Origin: Octopus sinensis
Lineage: Eukaryota
Reading direction: 5' to 3'
Assembly (NCBI RefSeq): GCF_006345805.1
Contig: NC_043002.1
Location: 99,138,001-99,202,000 of the forward strand
Length of the DNA stretch: 64,000 nt
In this document: positions 40,236 through 52,596 of the stretch, in pieces
How positions within the stretch are numbered: position 1 is the first letter of the stretch
How the letters are laid out: each line of letters opens with the position of its first letter
Position numbers and translations under genes: made by a program
Notes under the pieces: model-generated
The model's database searches: none
The model's input: only the letters and a program-made list of their open reading frames with translations
What the model was told of the DNA's origin: nothing

Positions 40236-42298
40236 CCAGAATGCAACACTAGTTGGTCTGGACTGTTACAGTGAGCAGATGTGAGTTTCGGCTCCGCGAA
40301 TAGAAAAAAAGAACAAAAAGAAAAATTGTCAATTATGGCTCGCTATAACGAGCAAAATACTGGTTTCTCATCACCGTAACGGTGAATTGAGAAATTTTTT
40401 GAAAATTTTTCTTGTGAATTCTAGTGGGCGTATCTCGCCAGAAAAATAAGAATAAGCCATTTGGATTACCTTTTTGGAGTACCTTTTTGGAGTATTATAC
40501 AAAGGATTCCCTGTCTGTGCTATTTGTGAGGTTTTTCCTTTACTTTTCTCTTCTATTTTTTCTTTCTTTCTAAATTTTGGTTCATTCTTTTCATTATTTT
40601 AATTTCAGTTTCCTCCCCTCCTCTTTTATTTTGTTTTATTTTTATTCGGTTTAATTTTTTGGCAGAATGTCTTTTGAACTACTTTTGAACTGTTTTTTGA
40701 CATGGCAGAGAAGGAACTTAAAAAGAAAAACTCTGTCTTAGAGTGGGAAATTAACCCGCCTAAGCAATGGTTAAAAGATATGGAGGAGAAGATGATGGTA
40801 CTTAGAACGTATTCTAAAGTTCTTAATTCCATCACCGTCTTCCCAAAACAAGTCATAAAAAATGAACTTTTGAAAAAAGAACATTTGTCCTCTGTAAAAT
40901 ATATATCCCGTGGTGTAAAACATGCAACCGTATGGTTGCTGTTTGACAACGGGGAAAAGGCTCGCCAGTTTGCGAGTCAGCCTTTAGAAAGCAAGGAAAT
41001 TCTGTTTCTCCCGTCATATTGCGGAAGAAAATTAATACGAGCCTGGGTATGTGGGCTCCCCCCGGGCACCGAAGCGGATTGGATTGAAGATACTGTCCGA
41101 CGGGGACTGGGGGATGGCGGTCCCAGGCTCTTAAATGTAAGAGTATTGCCGGCGTTCGATTGGGAAGTGTCAAAAGCGATTTTGACCCTGTGGACCCCAT
41201 CGGCCGCAACAGAACTGGTTTTTCCAGATTTCTTGAAAATGGCTGGCTGCAGGCATCCGGTGATACTTGAGGGATGTCCCCCAAAGTGTCACTTGTGCCT
41301 GCAGCCAGGCCACATTAAAAGGAACTGCCCCCAGGACCATGGTATGGTCCTGGAACAGTCACTACATGCCATCACCCCTACCCGGTCAAAGGGAGAGGTG
41401 GATGTGGTCGAGGAGGCTTCAGCCTCCTCAACTCAAAAAAATTAAAAGGAGAAGGCGGGCAACAATAGTTGCCCGCCGAAGGAACCTAAGGCTTCGGAGG
41501 CGGGGGAGAGTCTCGGACAAAGCGGAAGAGCTCCACTCTCCCGAAGCCAGGAAGAAAAGAAAAAAATGATGGAAGAAGAACGGGTCATCTCAGCGGGGAG
41601 ATGATGTGCCGACTGCATGCCGAAGTTGTGCCACCCACGGTGGAAGAAATCACCCCCACCCTTAAAGATGATCAATTAATTACATTTTTCTACAAGGGCG
41701 GGGAGGTGGAAAAAATAGTAGAAGAACATAAAGAAACAGTAGATATGCCCTTCACACGGGATCCCGAATGGCCTCCGCAGATAGCTGTGGAGGTCATAAG
41801 TTTTCCCTTGTGGGAAAGGCTTAAAGGATTTGGGGAGGAGTGTCGCATATGGCCGGGTGGCCCTAACACGACTTACATGTCCTACATGAGTGAGGCATGG
41901 GAAATGGCGGGATACAGGAACTGAAGCGGCATTGAAGATAATGATGAATATATCGATGGATATATCGAAGAGTAGGAGGTGAAAGACCCTCGTTACTGGG
42001 TTTGAAACCTCATCTTATTGGATTATTTTGTAGTGGTTTATAACCTCAATTTTGTGCTTTAAGAAAGAAAAAAAAAGAAAACATGTTAAGTAAGAGGTTT
42101 TAGTGCCTCCTCCTTGTAAGAGGTTTGAAACCTCATATTGATTAAAAAAAAAAAGAAAATATGTTTTCGAGAAAAATCCAATCGGCGGGTGTTGTTTTTC
42201 GTCTCTCATTTATTCATTATATTTCATTTTCATTCATTAATGTATTTGTACAGCCCGCAAAGCTCTTTGTATTGTCTATATGACAAATCTGTGAAATA
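40236..42298 (+). mobile_element. ORF1-only (half-LINE, HAL1-like) non-autonomous retroelement #2
   Basis: TSD aagtag(c/t)ttgcttac at 40221-40235 and 42299-42313; AATAAA at 42295-42300 abuts the TSD; no ORF2 remnants. Confidence 0.82.
40702..41924 (+). pseudogene. Frameshifted Tx1/L1-type ORF1 with CCHC zinc knuckle
   Basis: ORF 40702-41445 has GVKHATVWLLF, LFLPSYCGRK and CHLCLQPGHIKRNC; it continues after frameshifts into 41601-41924. Confidence 0.82.
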
Positions 42299-43089
42299 AA
42301 GTAGTTTGCTTACTTACCACATGGTTCCGGGTCCAGTCCTACTGCATGGCACCTTAAGCAAATGTCCTCTATTATAGCCTTGGCCCGACCAAACCCTTGT
42401 GAGTGGATTTGGTAGACGGAAACTGAAAGAAGCCGTTGTGTGTGTGCGCGCGTGTGTGTATGTGTGTATATGTTTGTGTGTCTGTGTTTGTCCACCCAAC
42501 ATCACTTGACAACCGATGCTGGTGTGTTTACGTCCCCGTAACTTAGCAGTTCGGCAAAAGAGACCGATAGAATAAGTACTAGTCTTACAAAGAAGAAGGC
42601 TTGGGATCGAATTGCTCGACTAAAGGCGGTGATCCAGCATGGCCTCGGTCAACTGACTGAAAGAAGTATAAGAGTAAAAGAGTATAGATATATAACAATG
42701 AACAACATATTTTTCTGCGGCAGCACATTTTTCTGCACATTGCTCTGTAAGCAATTATGCATTCTGGTCACTGCAGTTTCATAAAGGGTCTGTCGCGATG
42801 TTTTCAAAATGAAAAACAAGCTTCCTGCGTTGGTATTCAGTAGAGGGTGATAGCGTTTCTTTTTAAACCGAATTTAATTTTGGTCTTACAATCACCTCTA
42901 CTGGTATTACAGTTGAATCTTGGTCTTAGAATGTTTATTTATATTAAAATTAATTGTAGCAGTGTTGTTCACATTTTACTGTATGGAGTATATTATTTAT
43001 TCAGAGGTATTTCACTTAATTTGGGTGTATATCTTCAATTAATATTATTGTTATTATTATAATAATTATATTTATTAGTATTATATGCT

Positions 43090-43141
43090 AGATGGATAGA
43101 TCGATAGACAGATAGAGAGAGAAATAGAGAGACAGACAGAC

Positions 43142-43181
<40 letters not shown>

Positions 43182-43215
43182 GAATAGACAGACAGACTGT
43201 TAGGTAGCTAGCTAG

Positions 43216-43292
<77 letters not shown>

Positions 43293-43306
43293 TATATATA
43301 TTATAT

Positions 43307-43395
<89 letters not shown>

Positions 43396-43406
43396 TTAGA
43401 TAGATA
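43090..43406. repeat. (GATA)n/(TA)n compound microsatellite
   Basis: Direct tandem repeat. Confidence 0.9.
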
Positions 43407-43737
43407 ATCTGCGTTGCAATAACTTGGATGCTTTATCAGGGTTGAAGAAGCGATGATTTTCAAGAACACTATGACAATATCAGCACCATAACGAAGAAAT
43501 CATTTATTCATTCATTTCATTCACTAGTATATATGTCACTCCATCTGTAGAAATCCACTCTTCAACTCCTTCCAGCATCATCTCGTTGGTACTGGAATAT
43601 TTTGGAGGCAGAAGACATTATAGACCGTCGTACTAAGATTGCAACTGCGGCTAAAAAGCATTTTTCTTTTATTCGGAATACGAGGGTTGGCTGAAAAATC
43701 CATAGGCTGACTATGAAGGAGTGATGCTTGAGCATCA

Positions 43738-44361
43738 TTTCAACTCTTCTTATTCATAAGTATATATAAATTTCAACTCTTCTTATTCATAAGTATATAT
43801 AAATTTCAACTCATCTTATTCATAAGTATATATAAATTTCAACTCTTCTTATTCATAAGTATATATAAATTTCAACTCTTCTTATTCATAAGTATATATA
43901 AATTTTAACTCTTCTCATTCATAAGTATATATAAATTTCAACTCTTGTTATTCATAAGTATATATAAATTTCAACTCTTCTTATTCATAAGTATATATAA
44001 ATTTCAACTCATCTTATTCATAAGTATATATAAATTTCAACTCTTCTTATTCATAAGTATATACAAATTTTAACTCTTCTTATTCATAAGTATATATAAA
44101 TTTCAACTCTTCTTATTCATAAGTATATACAAATTTCAACTCTTCTTATTCATAAGTATATATAAATTTTAACTCTTCTTATTCATAAGTATATATAAAT
44201 TTCAACTCATCTTATTCATAAGTATATATAAATTTCAACTCTTCTTATTCATAAGTATATACAAATTTTAACTCTTCTTATTCATAAGTATATATAAATT
44301 TCAACTCTTCTTATTCATAAGTATATATAAATTTCAACTCTTCTTATTCATAAGTATATAT
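43738..44361. repeat. Minisatellite, 19 x 33 bp (tttcaactcttcttattcataagtatatataaa)
   Basis: Units start every 33 bp from 43738 to 44332. Confidence 0.97.
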
Positions 44362-44779
44362 TTCCTCTCTAGGTAAGCTGATATCTCAATGTTCTGTTCA
44401 AAGAAGACTTCAAAAGTAACTAGTTACGACTTCTCCTGAAAATGGGAAAAAAAGTTGACACCATGTTGTTGTCAAGTACCTACAGAAAAATGGTGTAGCT
44501 CCCAATGACGGTCATGCTGAGATGATTGCTATATTAGGGGACTGCGCCTCAGCTTTATCAGTAGTGGGCAACTGAATTTAGGAGGGGAACGGAGAGCCTT
44601 GAAGATGATCCAAAGTCTGGACGTGTTGCAACCTACGGTAACATTCAACGTGTTCACCACATGATACTGAATGACAGGCAATTGACTATAAATCAAATAG
44701 ACAATGCTATTAGCATTTTCCGTGAGAGAAAGAGGGTGGAGACTTTCGGCACAACGATCTCGGCATGACGAACGTTTCT

Positions 44780-45194
44780 TATTTCCTTATTGACCACAAG
44801 GGGATAAACAGAGAGAGGACAAACAAGGACAGACAAACGGATTACTTCGATTATATCGAGTCCTGTGCGTAACTGGTACTTATTTAATCGACCCCGAAAG
44901 GATGAAAGGCAAAGTCGATCTCGGCGGAATTTGAACTCAGAACGTAGCGGCAGATGAGATACCTATTTCTTTACTACCCACAAGGGGCTAAACACAGAGA
45001 AGACAATCAAGGACAGACAAAGAGATTAAGTCGATTATATCAACCCCAGTGCGTAATTGGTACTTATTTAATCGACCCCGAAAGGATGAAAGGCAAAGTC
45101 AACCTCGGCAGAATTTGAACTCAGAACGTAGCGGCAGACGAAATACCGCTAAACATTTCGTCCGGCGTGCTAACGATTCTGCCAGCTCGCCGCG
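44780..45194 (-). mobile_element. SINE family C with an internal duplication, inserted in the mariner ORF
   Basis: 14-bp TSD tgacgaacgtttct at 44766-44779 and 45195-45208. Confidence 0.92.
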
Positions 45195-47237
45195 TGACGA
45201 ACGTTTCTGCTCGGTGGGTGCCATGTCTTCTGACACCTGATCTAAAGCGCACCAGGCTGATGACGTTACGGGTAAATCTGACAATGCCTGAGGCAGCTCC
45301 AGCTGGTTTCGTAACTTAGATGAGTGTTGGGTTCATCACTTTGAACCAGAGATAAATTAGCAACCTATGCACTGGAAACAACCCTCCTCACCTGCTTCGA
45401 TATAGGCCAAGGTGCTTTCATCTGCAGGGACGATATTGGTCTCAGTATTTGCGGATGCAAAAGGCATTGTATTTATTGACTATCTTCAAAAGAAACTCAC
45501 CGTCAATACAGAGTACCATACCAACTTACGAAAGGCTATCGTGATCAAAGCCCAGGAAAACTGACGAATGGAGTGTTGTTTCATCAGCACACAAGTCCTT
45601 CGTTTCAATCGCTGTTGTGTATTACTGTGGCTTTGAACGGGTTGATCACGTTCCTTTTCTGATTTCGCCCCATCTGACTATCATCTATTCCCCAGCATGA
45701 AAAATTGCACTTGACCTTGGCTGAAAAGCAGTGTCGCAGAGATGATAGCATCATATCTACTGATGATAACTTTTTGACCAACTCGATTAAATCCTCTTCA
45801 CCAATGAAATCCAAGGACTGCAACAGCGATGGAAGACGTGAGTGGTCAGTAGGAAGACAATGTTGAAAAATAAACCTTATTTAGTCACATTCCATGAGAG
45901 TATCTGGTCGGCCTTTGCACTTTTCAGCCGACCTTAGTATTTGCTTATAATTCTCTAAAATATCAATTTCCGTGTTAGTTCATAAATCGGAAATATGATC
46001 TTAACATGTAAGGAGAAAACATTAAAATATTGCATTAAATGTTTTAGCTTTAGAAAAAATTATGATGATGGAACCAATGACATTATGGTTTGATTAAATA
46101 TTTATTCACGGATTTACGCCTACATCATCTCCTGATGAAGTTAATATTCTTTGAAGCTTAGTACTGGACCGATATTATGGTTATATTTAATCCAGATGTA
46201 CTGATATAAGAATCATCGGTGACTATAAACGACTGGGGATTAACCTTACTCAGATTTATAGGTTCGATCATACTCATCGTAGACATGCTGACTTTGATAT
46301 ATAAAAGGGAAGAATCCAACTAACTATATTTTGAACGAGAAAGAGAAGTCGTGTATAAAGAATCAGAGAACTCTCGTGCTGGAGATGAATAACGTTTGGC
46401 ACTAAATACAGTTTGGTGCATCTAGCGTGGACACTACCAAACTAGCGAATTAGTCATCTACAGCACTATTTTAAATGTATGAATTGCAAGAAACAGTTAG
46501 GCTTCTTTCTCTAATATTTTACATAGATCAACTTACTGAAGTTAATGTGTGAAAGACAAAATAGGAATTTTGAAAGAAGTATCTATAAGACCAGTTTTTA
46601 AACATCAAATTGCAATGGGGTTCCACCACAATAAAATAGTAATCAAAGGTCTCCATAGATATGGCTTAGAATCACGAGTTTACAGGGTAATTAATTACAT
46701 GTGCTAGAAAGAGGACAGAGAGAGAGAGAGAGAGAGAAGAGAGAGGGGGGAAAGAGAAAGAGAGAAGAGAGAGGGGGAAAGAGAAAGAGAGACAGAGACA
46801 AAGAGATTGAGAGTGTAGAGATGGGTCTAAAATGTTTTCCATTTTAATTATGTAGGCGTTTCTTTTAATGTCATCCATAATGAAGCAAGCCTTCAATCAA
46901 AATCACACCATCCATGACCTCTTGTCCTTCTCTTAGGATATAACATATTAAGACGGTGAATTGAAAGATGAAATAAAGCATTATATTATATACTATGTGG
47001 TATATGTTGCGATTCTCTGATTTCGGTAGGTGAAATCCTCCTGAATTCAACTTTGCCTTTCATTCTATGGTGTAGATAAAAAAAAAATGTTTCTATTCAG
47101 GACGGTGTATGGTTCCGTTAGAGAATGCTTTGCGGTATCTGTTCCAGCTTTTAGCATTTTAGTAGCGACGGCTGCGACAAACACTAGTCTCAAACTGTAA
47201 TTATTGGCGGCTTTTCATTTTTTATTTTCTTCTATTC

Positions 47238-47445
47238 CTTTACGTGTTTCAGTAATTTGGCTGGGGCCATACTGGAGCACCGCCTTAAAGGGATTTAGTC
47301 GAAAAAATTGATCCTAGAACTCATTTTTGTTAAGCCTTACTGTTATTCTATCGGTCCCTTTAGCCGAACCGCTAAATTACGGGAACATAAACACACCAAC
47401 ATCGGTTGTCAAGCGGTGATAGGAGTATAAACACAGACGCACACA
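47238..47445 (-). mobile_element. SINE family A, 3' half
   Basis: tgtttcagtaatttggctggggccatactggagcaccgcc..gccgaaccgctaa. Confidence 0.75.
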
Positions 47446-47461
47446 CGTATATATATATTTA

Positions 47462-47510
<49 letters not shown>

Positions 47511-47511
<1 letters not shown>

Positions 47512-48368
47512 TATAAGAGAGCGACCACTATGTGGTCTACTCTAGCACTAAAAATAGATCCATTATTATTTTATTAATAGCGAAACAATTGTCCCGAACA
47601 AATTTGAATTTTTGTTATGTTCATTTACCCTGTCTGCGCCAGTAGTTGTGCTAATATTCACCGGATACATTTTTTATGTAGCTGAAGCCCAATGGATCTA
47701 TTTTTAGTGCTAGAGTAGACCACATAGTGGTCGCTCTCTTATATTTATATATAAAATGTATGAAAATCCGGGTTTCATATGCACTAAGCCACTAGGTGTT
47801 AAATGGATGTACTATTAAATTAGTATAAAAAAATTTCTCACCCTTATTGGTTGATTGTAACTATGCTACATTTAATTTTGGATGTAGTATCTGTTTCAGT
47901 GCGTGTTGGCGGGCTAAGACAGGGGCACTTAAACTATAGCAGCGAATGCAATTGGCTGAACCACACGTGCGTTTGTCGTGGTGGTGAAGTCTAGGGTGCG
48001 GTCGAGTTAATTGTATTCTGAATGGGTTCGGCTGAGGAGCTACAAATAAATGTATATTATGTGAGTAAAATTACATAATTTATTAATTTATTAATAGCGA
48101 AACAATTGTCCCGAACTAATTTGAATTTTTGTTATGTTTATTTGCCCTGTCTGCGCCAGTAGTTGTGCTAATATTCACCGGAGACATTTTTTTATGTGGC
48201 TGAAGCCCAATGGATCTATTTTTAGTGCTAGAGTAGACCACATAGTGGTCGCTCGCTTATATTTATATATAAAATGTATGAAAATCCGGGTATCATATGC
48301 ACTAAGCCACTAGGTGTTAAATGGATGTACTATTAAATTAGTATAAAAATGTCCCACCCTTATTGGTT
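47511..48368 (+). mobile_element. Retrozyme/Penelope-pLTR-like element: about 1.55 x 517-bp units plus a 5' inverted segment, within (TA)n
   Basis: GAAAcaattgtcccgaac at 47582 and 48099 (period 517); 47511-47564 is the reverse complement of about 47691-47744. Confidence 0.85.
48026..48116 (+). ncRNA. Minimal type I hammerhead ribozyme with a canonical core
   Basis: gttcgg-CTGAGGA-gcta..tagc-GAAA-caattg-TC-ccgaac: perfect 6-bp helix I, G10.1-C11.1 pair, palindromic helix III ACAATTGT, GUC. Confidence 0.9.
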
Positions 48369-48382
48369 TATATATATATATA

Positions 48383-48613
48383 TAATAATAATATTAGGGA
48401 ATAAATCCAAACTTACAAGGAAAAATTAGATTTAGGATTAAATCCAATTTTATAGTAAAAATATATTATATTATATTAAATTAGAGATAAAACCACTATT
48501 AGGCAAATCAATCAGTGAAAAACATAAGCCAATACATAAAATTAATTTAAAAATATAAAAGTTAAAAAAAAATTATTTAAATAATTTAAACTTATAAATT
48601 TTATGTATATACA

Positions 48614-48646
<33 letters not shown>

Positions 48647-49741
48647 GTATATTTTTATATTTATATATTATTTAATTAATTAATTAATTAATTAATTTTT
48701 TTTTAAATTTATTTTTTTTATATATATATCAAAAGTATTAAAAGTTTTATAAAAGATAAAGAGCAAACACTACGATCGTTTCATAGCTGTACCAATTCGA
48801 ATAACAATAATTTAAATTCAATTAATAATTCGAGTTATGGTTACAGTCAATCTTCAGGTTAATTGAAATATTTTAAAAATAATCAGAAATATTTAAACAA
48901 TATTTTTAAGATATAAATAATATAATAATTTTACTTATAATAAACTCTATTATCAAACTAGAAACTTAAAACTTAACAATTATGATTATATCAAAATCGA
49001 TTATAATGTTAAATATTAATTTTAATTTATAAGGTAGGAAACCCACCAATAATCTAAAATCGGTAATAGTCTATATCTAATTACATAAATATTTAAAAAA
49101 ATGACTATTATATATAAATTATCAATGAAAATATATAAATGTATATAAATATTATAATTAAGATCTAAAATAATCTCTATAAATAAATATATATGCACAT
49201 ATAATAAAAAGCTAATAAATTAATTTTTCATATTTAAAGATGAAATAGCTAATTTCAAAAATACAAACAAAACAAACTTAAACGAACTTTCGGAAATCTT
49301 ATGTAAAATACTTATAGAAATAATCAATTCGTAGTTATATAGTATCGAATAAATACTATAAATACTATAAATATAATTATCAATGGGAATAACTAGCGAA
49401 TATCAATTTAAAAAGACAATAACTAAGTTATGCTATTAAGTTAGACATGGCCTGGACCAATCTTTAGTCGAAACATATCTAAGTTTGTCAAAGTTTATCT
49501 AATTTTAATTATAAGAAATTTAAAACTACAATTATTACTATTAATACATGTATATACAAAAGCCTAACTTTAGATACCTCATATACTTGCTATCAAACAA
49601 CAAATCTATCGCTAAGTAGTATCTTACGAATAAACTTAAATTTAATATCAAATAATATAGAAAATTACGATAATTAGATCATTACATAAACAACGATATT
49701 TACATAAGGAAAATATTATTACACGAAAGACTTATAAAATA

Positions 49742-49745
<4 letters not shown>
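48383..49745 (-). mobile_element. Very AT-rich Penelope-like non-coding relic
   Basis: Bounded by (TA)n; contains an HHR with a long helix II; architecture resembles 51370-52600. Confidence 0.55.
48766..48862 (-). ncRNA. Type I hammerhead motif with extended helix II
   Basis: aac-CTGAAGA-ttgactgta..tacagctat-GAAA-cgatcg-TA-gtgt; palindrome ACGATCGT; helix I is weak. Confidence 0.6.
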
Positions 49746-49793
<48 letters not shown>

Positions 49794-50028
49794 TTGTTGT
49801 TGTTATTGGCATTCTTTTTGTCTCGGGAGACAATGGAGTTGCGCATAAAATAATCTAGTCCGGCTTTTACATTTCATGTCCTAATACACCTCCTGCTGTG
49901 GCTGTGTAGTCCTATCCTGGACAAACACTCCCTCTGGCAGGTGCCGCAAATGTAGCGAAGACTTTGCCTGGCTGGTTGTAATGTCATAGTTTCTTGTTGA
50001 CGTCTTTTCTTGTCTTTCCATTTTCCCC

Positions 50029-50059
<31 letters not shown>

Positions 50060-50130
50060 GTCACTCCTTTGTGTTCCCTCTTTTACGGTACATCGCCAAT
50101 CTCCGCGGTTGCTGGCAACTGTTTCCCATA
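49794..50130 (-). mobile_element. RTE (BovB-like) LINE 3' end with (CAA)n tail
   Basis: WETVASNRGDWRCTVKEG...YICGTCQRECLSRIGLHSHSRRC*, then attgtctcccgagacaa hairpin and caacaa tail. Confidence 0.88.
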
Positions 50131-50206
50131 TAGTAAATTTTAAAAAATCGGAGAACAAACAACAAAAAACAACAATGCGAGCAAGGACGTGGTAGATGCA
50201 ATGTAG

Positions 50207-50239
50207 TTTTACGTTTCGAGCAAAGCTCTTCTTCAAAAA
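50207..50239 (-). ncRNA. Decayed minimal hammerhead (C3>U)
   Basis: ttt-tTGAAGA-a gagc ttt gctc-GAAA-cg-TA-aaa; ACGT palindrome. Confidence 0.5.
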
Positions 50240-50285
50240 GAGGAGACAGAGGAAAAAAATCGCCAACGATTCACATATAGTTACA

Positions 50286-50436
50286 TACGACGGGCTCTGT
50301 TCAGTTTCCGTCTACCAAATCCACTCACAAGGCTTTGGTCGGTCCGAGGCTATAGTAGAAGGCACTTGTCCAAGGTGTGGGACCGAACCCGGAACCATGG
50401 GGTCGGAAAGCAAGCTCCTTATCACACAGCCGCACC
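50286..50436 (-). mobile_element. SINE family A, 5' half
   Basis: tacgacgggctctgttcagtttccgtctaccaaatccactcacaagg..cacacagccgcacctg. Confidence 0.8.
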
Positions 50437-50594
50437 TGAGCCTTTGGATTACAGTTGCAGTGTCGAAAGGAGAAACTTTGTCTGCATGGGAAACTGCCAG
50501 TCCTCTTCAAAAACATCGTGCCCAGGCCCTAACCTGCATAATTATGCCCAGCTGCATAGGCAACTTTGTATGAGGAAGGTCGTAAAGCATACTG

Positions 50595-50793
50595 ATTTCA
50601 AATTTTGGCACAAGGCCAGCAATATCGGCGGAGGGAGTAAGTCGATTACATCAACCTCAGAGTTCAACTGGTACTTATTTTATCGACCCCAAAAGTATGA
50701 GAGGCAAAGTCGACCCGACAGCATTTGAAATCAAAAGTTAAAGAAGGACGTAATGCAGCTAAGCATTTTGCCCGGCTGCCAGCTCGCCACCTT
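50595..50793 (-). mobile_element. SINE family C
   Basis: ggtacttattttatcgacccc..ggcaaagtcgacc..gccagctcgccacctt. Confidence 0.75.
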
Positions 50794-51512
50794 AAGGCCC
50801 TAAAACCTTAACGATATTACATAATGCATAAAAGGAGAATTCCAAGAATAGGATCTCACGGAAAATAGTTTGTTGTACTATGCCCTAATGCTCACGAGAC
50901 CGTTATGTGTTACCATCCACATTATACAAGATGTTCCTTCGCTCTGAAAATGGCTACACGTAATTTGAAGGAGATTTTAGTGATATTAACAGACACATAC
51001 TGTTATCTAATTTATGCATTCATTTGTGAGGCTATGTTATGAACATTTGATAGACCACTATTTTGTTATGAATTTTGATCCTTCAAGTGAATGCATGTAA
51101 TTTGAAATATTACTCTGATCTATATATACATATATATAAATTTTCAAAGTGACATATATCGCTTCTGCCTCCGCTATAGCAATCAGGGAAAAATTGTTGT
51201 AATTTCCGTTATTTATTTTAAGTGATAACATTCATACGTCTATATACATACAGGCATGGATGTCATATCAATATTAGGCACAGGGGTGGCTACGTGGTAA
51301 ATAGCTTGCTTATCAACCACATGGTTCCGAGTTCAGTCCCACTGCGTGGCACCTTATATATATATATATCTACATAATTTTGAGAAAAACCTGTCTTAAA
51401 CAATTCAATAATGAAAAATGTTATTCACACCCTATAGAAAATATATACTATAAAAAACTTATTCTAAAAATCAATACAGCACAAAAACAATAAATAATAA
51501 ATAGTAGTAAAA

Positions 51513-51647
51513 ATACTACGCGCGTTTCGTGGCTATATTTTCAAATAGATAATAATAATAATAATAATAATAATAAAATCTATTCGATTTAAAATTAAAT
51601 CGATCTAAAATTAATTCTATTTAAAAATATAGTCACTCATCCGGTCT
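51513..51647 (-). ncRNA. Hammerhead variant (CGGATGA core) with a very long helix II
   Basis: agac-CGGATGA-gtgactatattttt...aaaatatagccac-GAAA-cgcgcg-TA-gtat; palindrome ACGCGCGT. Confidence 0.6.
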
Positions 51648-51690
<43 letters not shown>

Positions 51691-52297
51691 TAATAATAAT
51701 CAATATACTTATCTTAACTTATACTAATCATCAAATAAATGAAAAATAATATGTGTATTAACTATAAATAATCGAAAAAGCATTTAACAATATTTCTTAA
51801 AATAAAAAGGTAACTTATCGAAGGAATTCTATTAACTAAAAATTTAAACATGATACGTAGAACTTAGCGTTTATAAGAAGTATATCACGTGAAAATATTG
51901 CGCAAATAGAATTTATGGAATAAATAGATAGAACTATGTATTTAAGCTACTAAAATTACAAATGTATTTTAGCTGTGAGAATAAGAAAAAATTAACTTTA
52001 ATATAACATTTATTGGAAAATTGTAAAGTCTAAATAATTTAAAAACTAAGCTACGTAAAATAATATAATAAACATAAATTAAGCTAAATTTCTATAATTT
52101 AATCTATTTTCATTAATTAGTCCATTTATTTTAGAAACATCTATGTTTCATCATATTCTAATTATGTAATATACACTATATAATTTCGTGCTAATTTATA
52201 CACATTTTACTACTACAAATTATAACTACAACAATGAGTAACATAAAACAGGGTTTTGATATATATATACACAAGGTAGCTAAACTTATTATATAAG

Positions 52298-52596
52298 TTA
52301 ACTAAACTTATTATATAAGTAATTTAACTTATGTCTACATTTAATTTTTCTTTCGTCTAGTAAATTGAACAATTTTTTATCTTAGTTAACAATATCTCCT
52401 TAAATTCGTTACTACGTAATAAACAAAAATTAATACCTATTCGATATGATTTAAATTGTAGTTAATATTGTTAGATTTTAGCTTCCATATATATTTACTA
52501 AGGCCAGTAGAATTAATTCAATTTCTATTCTTAAAAGAATTCATGTGTTGAGCAACCCGTAATTTAATTTTATTAGAAGTCGACCCTAAATTAATC
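52298..52596 (-). pseudogene. Penelope-like GIY-YIG endonuclease C-terminal relic
   Basis: NLGSTSNKIKLRVAQHMNSFKNRN*INSTGLSKYIWKLKSNNINY [frameshift] FCLLRSNEFKEILL..LFN..KCRHKLNY matches the PLE pattern YIGST..R..H..SF..ST.LSKYIW..C.LC..E..CRH. Confidence 0.82.

Larger units (their letters stand above)
40199..42682 (+). mobile_element. SINE family A split by a 2.06-kb insertion (parts 40199-40235 and 42299-42682)
   Basis: The head ggcgcaggagtgactgtgtggtaagtagcttgcttac resumes as accacatggttccggg after the insert. Confidence 0.88.
43681..45937 (+). mobile_element. Decayed full-length mariner transposon carrying a minisatellite and a SINE
   Basis: TA-flanked TIRs cgagggttggctgaaaa / ttttcagccgaccttag; transposase remnants EFRRGTESLEDDPKSGR, ARWVP, DECWVHHFEPE, GIVFIDYLQK. 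Confidence 0.9.

Noticed and set aside
43738-44361. CRISPR-like array (33-bp periodicity)
   Set aside because: Units are contiguous with no unique spacers, there are no cas genes and the context is eukaryotic; it is a minisatellite
46132-46200. CTGATGA core
   Set aside because: No matching GAAA, helix III or helix I nearby
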